NCBI GenBank assembly: GCA_031267545.1
Contig: JAIRYU010000034.1
Coordinates: 1 to 31,100 of the forward strand
Reading direction: 5' to 3'
From: Holosporales bacterium
GTDB lineage: Bacteria > Pseudomonadota > Alphaproteobacteria > RUG11792
DNA length: 31,100 bases
Part shown: in pieces, positions 27,210 to 31,100 of the stretch
Layout of the letters: every line of letters starts with the position of its first letter
Position numbering within the stretch: the first letter of the stretch is position 1
Notes under the pieces: generated by a model
The model's input: the letters and a program-made list of their open reading frames with translations, nothing else
The model's database searches: none
Told to the model about the DNA's origin: nothing
Position numbers and translations under genes: made by a program

Positions 27210-28460
27210 CTATGAGCTAGTCCTTTTATGTTTGAGCGACAATATCCTGACTGCGCGAGCAAAACTCCCGGAGAACAATATCTTACAAAGCGAAGCTAGC
27301 GAATTATCTCCAACGAACGACAGATCCTTAGTTCGCGTAGAGTACGCAATGAAAAGCGGACTCATTGACAAAGACAACGCAGTAATGCACACCACCATCT
27401 TCTGCCCGAACTCGTCGATAATCTGAGATTGCGTGGCAACGTTAGCGAGTATCAGGGAAAATTCTCCCAGCTGCGCAAGGACTATTCCTATTGATGCCGC
27501 CTTGGCTAATTCAATTGAAAATAATCTCATCGTTACAGTGTTAGAAATGATTTTCCAAATCGTAATCCCAGCTAACGCGATCGTGACGGCCAACCAGTTT
27601 TCTACGAGAAATTTCAGGTCAAACATAAGGCCGACCGACAGAAAAAAAGTCATCAGCAACACATTCTGAATTGGTTTCACACTATTTAGAATGTTCTGCC
27701 TATCCTGCGTATTACCTATGAATAGCCCAGCTAGAAACGCCCCGTATGCCTGAGACAACCCAATCAAGACAACTATTGCAGACGCCGTAAAACAAAACGC
27801 AAGAGTTATAACTGGAGTAAGTTCACTATTTTGCAACAGATTTCTAGTTGGTAAATTTATCTTGTCTTTCTTTCCGAGATACCTAATTAGCAGCACCACA
27901 AGAACGATCGCAAGCACGAGGTTTGTTATTACCGATCCGTCGATTGATCCACATTTTTTGATGATCAGCATCATTGGAACTATGGCGATGTCCTGCGCGA
28001 CAAGAATCCCTATTGTGATATGCCCTACATCCGTTCTCAGTTCTCCAATATATTCCAGCACTTTGACTATCGCGGCCGTCGACGAAAGAGACACGATAAA
28101 TGCAACAAGTAACGCCACAAAAATAGGGTAATCGAATAGCAGAGATACCGCGGTAGCGATAACTGCGTTCGCAACCACCTGCACTATCGTAAACAGGGTT
28201 GGAATCTTCCACATCTTCATGAATGACTTGATGTTTAGCTCCATTCCGATTACGAAGAGCAGCAGCAGTATTCCAAGCTCTGAATAAAATTGAACCTGGG
28301 TCTGCGACGAAATAAATCCAAACCCGCTTGGCCCAAACATCGCGCCAGCCAAGATATAACCGATCATTACAGGTTGCTTCAGCTTTGCCAGAAGTAACCC
28401 CGACAACGCCGCAACCAAGACTATTACGGTAAGATGCGCAAAAACGTACTCGTTATCCAT
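27210..28460 (-). CDS. CPA2-family monovalent cation/H+ antiporter without a regulatory KTN domain
   Basis: QPVMIGYILAG, ELGILLLLFVIGME, LSSTA, GILVAQD, GAFLAG, FFLSVG, LAQLGEFS. Confidence 0.9.
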   Translation of the reverse strand: MDNEYVFAHLTVIVLVAALSGLLLAKLKQPVMIGYILAGAMFGPSGFGFISSQTQVQFYSELGILLLLFVIGMELNIKSFMKMWKIPTLFTIVQVVANAVIATAVSLLFDYPIFVALLVAFIVSLSSTAAIVKVLEYIGELRTDVGHITIGILVAQDIAIVPMMLIIKKCGSIDGSVITNLVLAIVLVVLLIRYLGKKDKINLPTRNLLQNSELTPVITLAFCFTASAIVVLIGLSQAYGAFLAGLFIGNTQDRQNILNSVKPIQNVLLMTFFLSVGLMFDLKFLVENWLAVTIALAGITIWKIISNTVTMRLFSIELAKAASIGIVLAQLGEFSLILANVATQSQIIDEFGQKMVVCITALSLSMSPLFIAYSTRTKDLSFVGDNSLASLCKILFSGSFARAVRILSLKHKRTSS

Positions 28461-28486
28461 GGCTAACGTAGTGTAACATATGTCGC
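28461..28486. promoter_or_regulatory. 26-bp divergent gap with overlapping candidate -10 elements
   Basis: Plus-strand TAACAT (28474-28479) is 7 nt before the dnaG ATG; minus-strand TGtTACACT (28478-28470) is 9 nt before the antiporter ATG. Confidence 0.35.
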
Positions 28487-30268
28487 ATGAGCATTACAGA
28501 GCCAAACGCGGTACTCGGCAGGATCAAAGAGAAACTGCCGCTATCTGAAATCATAGCTAAGGATACTCCATTACGTAAAAATGGGAAAGAGTATGTTGGA
28601 TGCTGTCCGTTCCATAATGAGAAAACTGGATCTTTTTTCGTAAATAACGACAAGGGAACGTTTTACTGCTTCGGGTGTGGCGCATCCGGAGATATTGTCA
28701 CATACGTTATGAAGAAACGTGGAATTCACTTTGCTCAGGCTATAGAAATACTGGCGGAAGCCGCCGGTATACAACCTTCGGAGTATCTGGATTCAAAGGA
28801 CTGTCACAAAACACAGCTTAAGCTCATGCAAAAGGCTCTCGAATTTTTTAGAAAGCATATATGCGATGATATGGCGGCCAAATATTGTAGCTCCAGAGGA
28901 TTTGACAAATCGTGTATCGAACAGTTTGGAATTGGCTACGCTCCCAGAAACGGCGAATTGTTACTTTCTCACGTTAAAGCCTCAGGCTTTTCAGTATCCG
29001 ATATATTACAATCCGGGCTCTTCCATCAAAAAGACGGGAGGATTCTGTGTTACTTTAGGGACCGTCTGATATTCCCCGTTTTTAACAAGTCGGGATGGCC
29101 CATTGCGTTCGGAGGACGCGTTCTTCAAAACAGCGAGACCCCAAAATATTTGAACTCTAAGGAAACAGTTCTTTTCCAAAAACGAGAAACGCTGTATGCC
29201 TTCAATATCGCGTCAAAAAATGTTTCGACAACTAAAAATTTTATTCTTGTAGAGGGATATGTCGATGTCGTTATGTTACATCAACATGGATTCAATACTG
29301 CGGTAGCGTCCATGGGAACGTCATTTTCGATCGAACATCTCGTAAAAATTTGGAAATTATCGAGCGACCCGATCGCATGTCTTGACGGAGACTCGGCTGG
29401 TTACAACGCCATGCTGAAAATCGCGTTTCTCGCGATGCAATACCTGCAACCAGGAAAAAGCCTAAAGCTATGCGTAATGCCAGACGGATACGATCCAGAT
29501 TCGTTCCTCAAAAAATTCGGCAAACAAGAGATGGAGAAAATATTGGAAAACTCCAGCTATATGATAGATTTCATCTGGCAACACTTCCTTAACCAGCTCG
29601 AATCCGGCGACTACAGGACCCCTGAAAAATTGGCTGAATGGAAGAAGAACATCCTGGACAGCGTAGACGCCATCCAAAACTCCGATATCAGAAAGCTATA
29701 CAAATCTGATATCGGCAGCAGGATATTCTATGCCATCAAATCCGTCAATAAAAAGACTTTTACGCCCGCGAACACATCAACGCAGCATCATGCATACTCC
29801 GCTTCCGCAACGCTAATCGATAAGGACGAGAAAATACTATTGCGCGAGGCTACTATGTTGTATATCCTGCTGGAGCGTCCGTCTGTAGTCCCGTGCGTAC
29901 TGGAGGAGTTGGCGACCATTGAATTTTCGAGAAGTGGATTCGAGGCTGTGAGCAGCTTGATTCTTGGAGGTGGTGGGGTGTGTTCTAGTACAACGCCTGA
30001 TGTTGATCAAGAGGTCCAGCATGTATTGGACACGGCGTCGAGGGATTGCGATATTTCACAAAAAGACGATGAATCTGTGATTGGAATTTGGATGGGAATA
30101 TACAGATATGAGTTTTCGCATAGACGGCATCTTGACGATATAAAACAGGCAAAGGAAGCCTGCGACGAGAATATGGATGCAAAGGCTTGGGAACGTCTAA
30201 AAGAACTGAAGCTGAGTCACGTCGGCAAAAAACAGAAAAATGATCAGGGCAACAATAAATTAGGGTAA
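28487..30268 (+). CDS. dnaG: DNA primase
   Basis: CHC2 zinc finger CPFHNEKT...YCFGC, FRDRLIFP, FGGR, KYLNS, TOPRIM VEGYVDV and LDGDSAG. Confidence 0.98.
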   Translation: MSITEPNAVLGRIKEKLPLSEIIAKDTPLRKNGKEYVGCCPFHNEKTGSFFVNNDKGTFYCFGCGASGDIVTYVMKKRGIHFAQAIEILAEAAGIQPSEYLDSKDCHKTQLKLMQKALEFFRKHICDDMAAKYCSSRGFDKSCIEQFGIGYAPRNGELLLSHVKASGFSVSDILQSGLFHQKDGRILCYFRDRLIFPVFNKSGWPIAFGGRVLQNSETPKYLNSKETVLFQKRETLYAFNIASKNVSTTKNFILVEGYVDVVMLHQHGFNTAVASMGTSFSIEHLVKIWKLSSDPIACLDGDSAGYNAMLKIAFLAMQYLQPGKSLKLCVMPDGYDPDSFLKKFGKQEMEKILENSSYMIDFIWQHFLNQLESGDYRTPEKLAEWKKNILDSVDAIQNSDIRKLYKSDIGSRIFYAIKSVNKKTFTPANTSTQHHAYSASATLIDKDEKILLREATMLYILLERPSVVPCVLEELATIEFSRSGFEAVSSLILGGGGVCSSTTPDVDQEVQHVLDTASRDCDISQKDDESVIGIWMGIYRYEFSHRRHLDDIKQAKEACDENMDAKAWERLKELKLSHVGKKQKNDQGNNKLG

Positions 30269-30272
30269 TGCA

Positions 30273-31100
30273 ATGGACATAAAAGAAATTGATGACGAAA
30301 ACATGGTGGAAATGCAGCAAGTAGCAGCCAATCCGGATGTTATTGGTCTAATGAAATCACACAAGATTAACGGATATTTAACGTACGAAGAGATCAACGA
30401 GGTTCTCACTGGCCCAGAGTACGATTCCGACAAACTAGATCTGATCATGACATATTTTACAGAAAATGATGTGAAGATTATTAGTATTGATGACGAAGCC
30501 GTTATTCAAAAAACTAAAACAGCAGGGATAGACGATATACATGGCTCGGCGGATAATTCAGCGCAAGCAATGGACGAATCAAGAGGCGGCGACCCCGTAA
30601 AGCTATATCTCCGGGAAATGGGCAATATCAATCTCCTATCTCGAGAAGGCGAAATTACGATAGCTATGAAAATAGAATCATTTCGAACAAGCTTAAACGC
30701 TCGCCTGTGTGAGAGTCGCGTTACTGCAGATATGATATCGTCCATACGCGATAGGCTGGATAACAGCACGATCTTGCTGAGGGACGTCATTGCGTCAGAC
30801 ATGTCAATGCCCGAGGATGAGGCTCATTTTCGAGAAATTGACGAATCAGACGAGGTCGATCTTGGTTTAGAGGAATGCCCAGCTTCATTAATGACAAACG
30901 ATGAAGAAATGAAGCGGAAGTTGCTCGTTCTATTCGATAGGCATCTACAGTTTTATTCCGAGATATACGACAAGCAGAAAGCCGCGGGATTCGACGTCTG
31001 CCTGCTCGATAACGATAATGAATACCAGACCTTACGACAAAAGATCGTCGATAATTTCTACGAGATCAATCTGAACGAAAAGAGACTTGCGGCTCTAAGG
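30273..31100 (+). CDS. rpoD: RNA polymerase primary sigma factor, 3'-truncated by the window edge
   Basis: Absent from the ORF track because it has no stop. ATG 30273 is open to the end of the window: region 1.1 GYLTYEEINEVL, region 1.2 DPVKLYLREMGNINLLSREGEITIAMKIE; follows dnaG. Confidence 0.95.
   Translation, partial: MDIKEIDDENMVEMQQVAANPDVIGLMKSHKINGYLTYEEINEVLTGPEYDSDKLDLIMTYFTENDVKIISIDDEAVIQKTKTAGIDDIHGSADNSAQAMDESRGGDPVKLYLREMGNINLLSREGEITIAMKIESFRTSLNARLCESRVTADMISSIRDRLDNSTILLRDVIASDMSMPEDEAHFREIDESDEVDLGLEECPASLMTNDEEMKRKLLVLFDRHLQFYSEIYDKQKAAGFDVCLLDNDNEYQTLRQKIVDNFYEINLNEKRLAALR

Overview
Gene-dense chromosomal window from an alphaproteobacterium (NtrY/NtrX, pdhAB, RcGTA-type portal, Mic60/COG4223-like protein). 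Heavily shuffled operons and scattered signal-peptide orphans suggest a host-associated, possibly Holosporales-like lineage; this is inference only. Housekeeping genes: ssb, dapB, lpxA, fabZ, secG, infC, pdhA, pdhB, ntrX, ntrY, rpsP, rimM, lpxB, tatD, plsC, rodA, rbfA, obgE, recR, dnaG and the 5' part of rpoD. Notable items: (1) a secreted protein-kinase-like (APH fold) protein whose Mg-binding Asp is replaced by Tyr; (2) dispersed, diverged complex I-like genes, with nuoD at the end of a recR-obgE-rbfA run and nuoK-nuoL joined into an apparent operon with a CPA2 cation/H+ antiporter, showing specific substitutions at conserved sites; (3) an intact orphan GTA/HK97-type portal gene directly upstream of ntrYX; (4) a Mic60-like protein outside its usual hem context; (5) four signal-peptide orphans plus a repeat-rich Ala/Thr/Pro protein; (6) a hairpin-rich 319-nt intergenic region upstream of ssb. 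No rRNA, tRNA, CRISPR array or IS element was recognised. All family assignments are from motif recognition by eye; no database searches were run.
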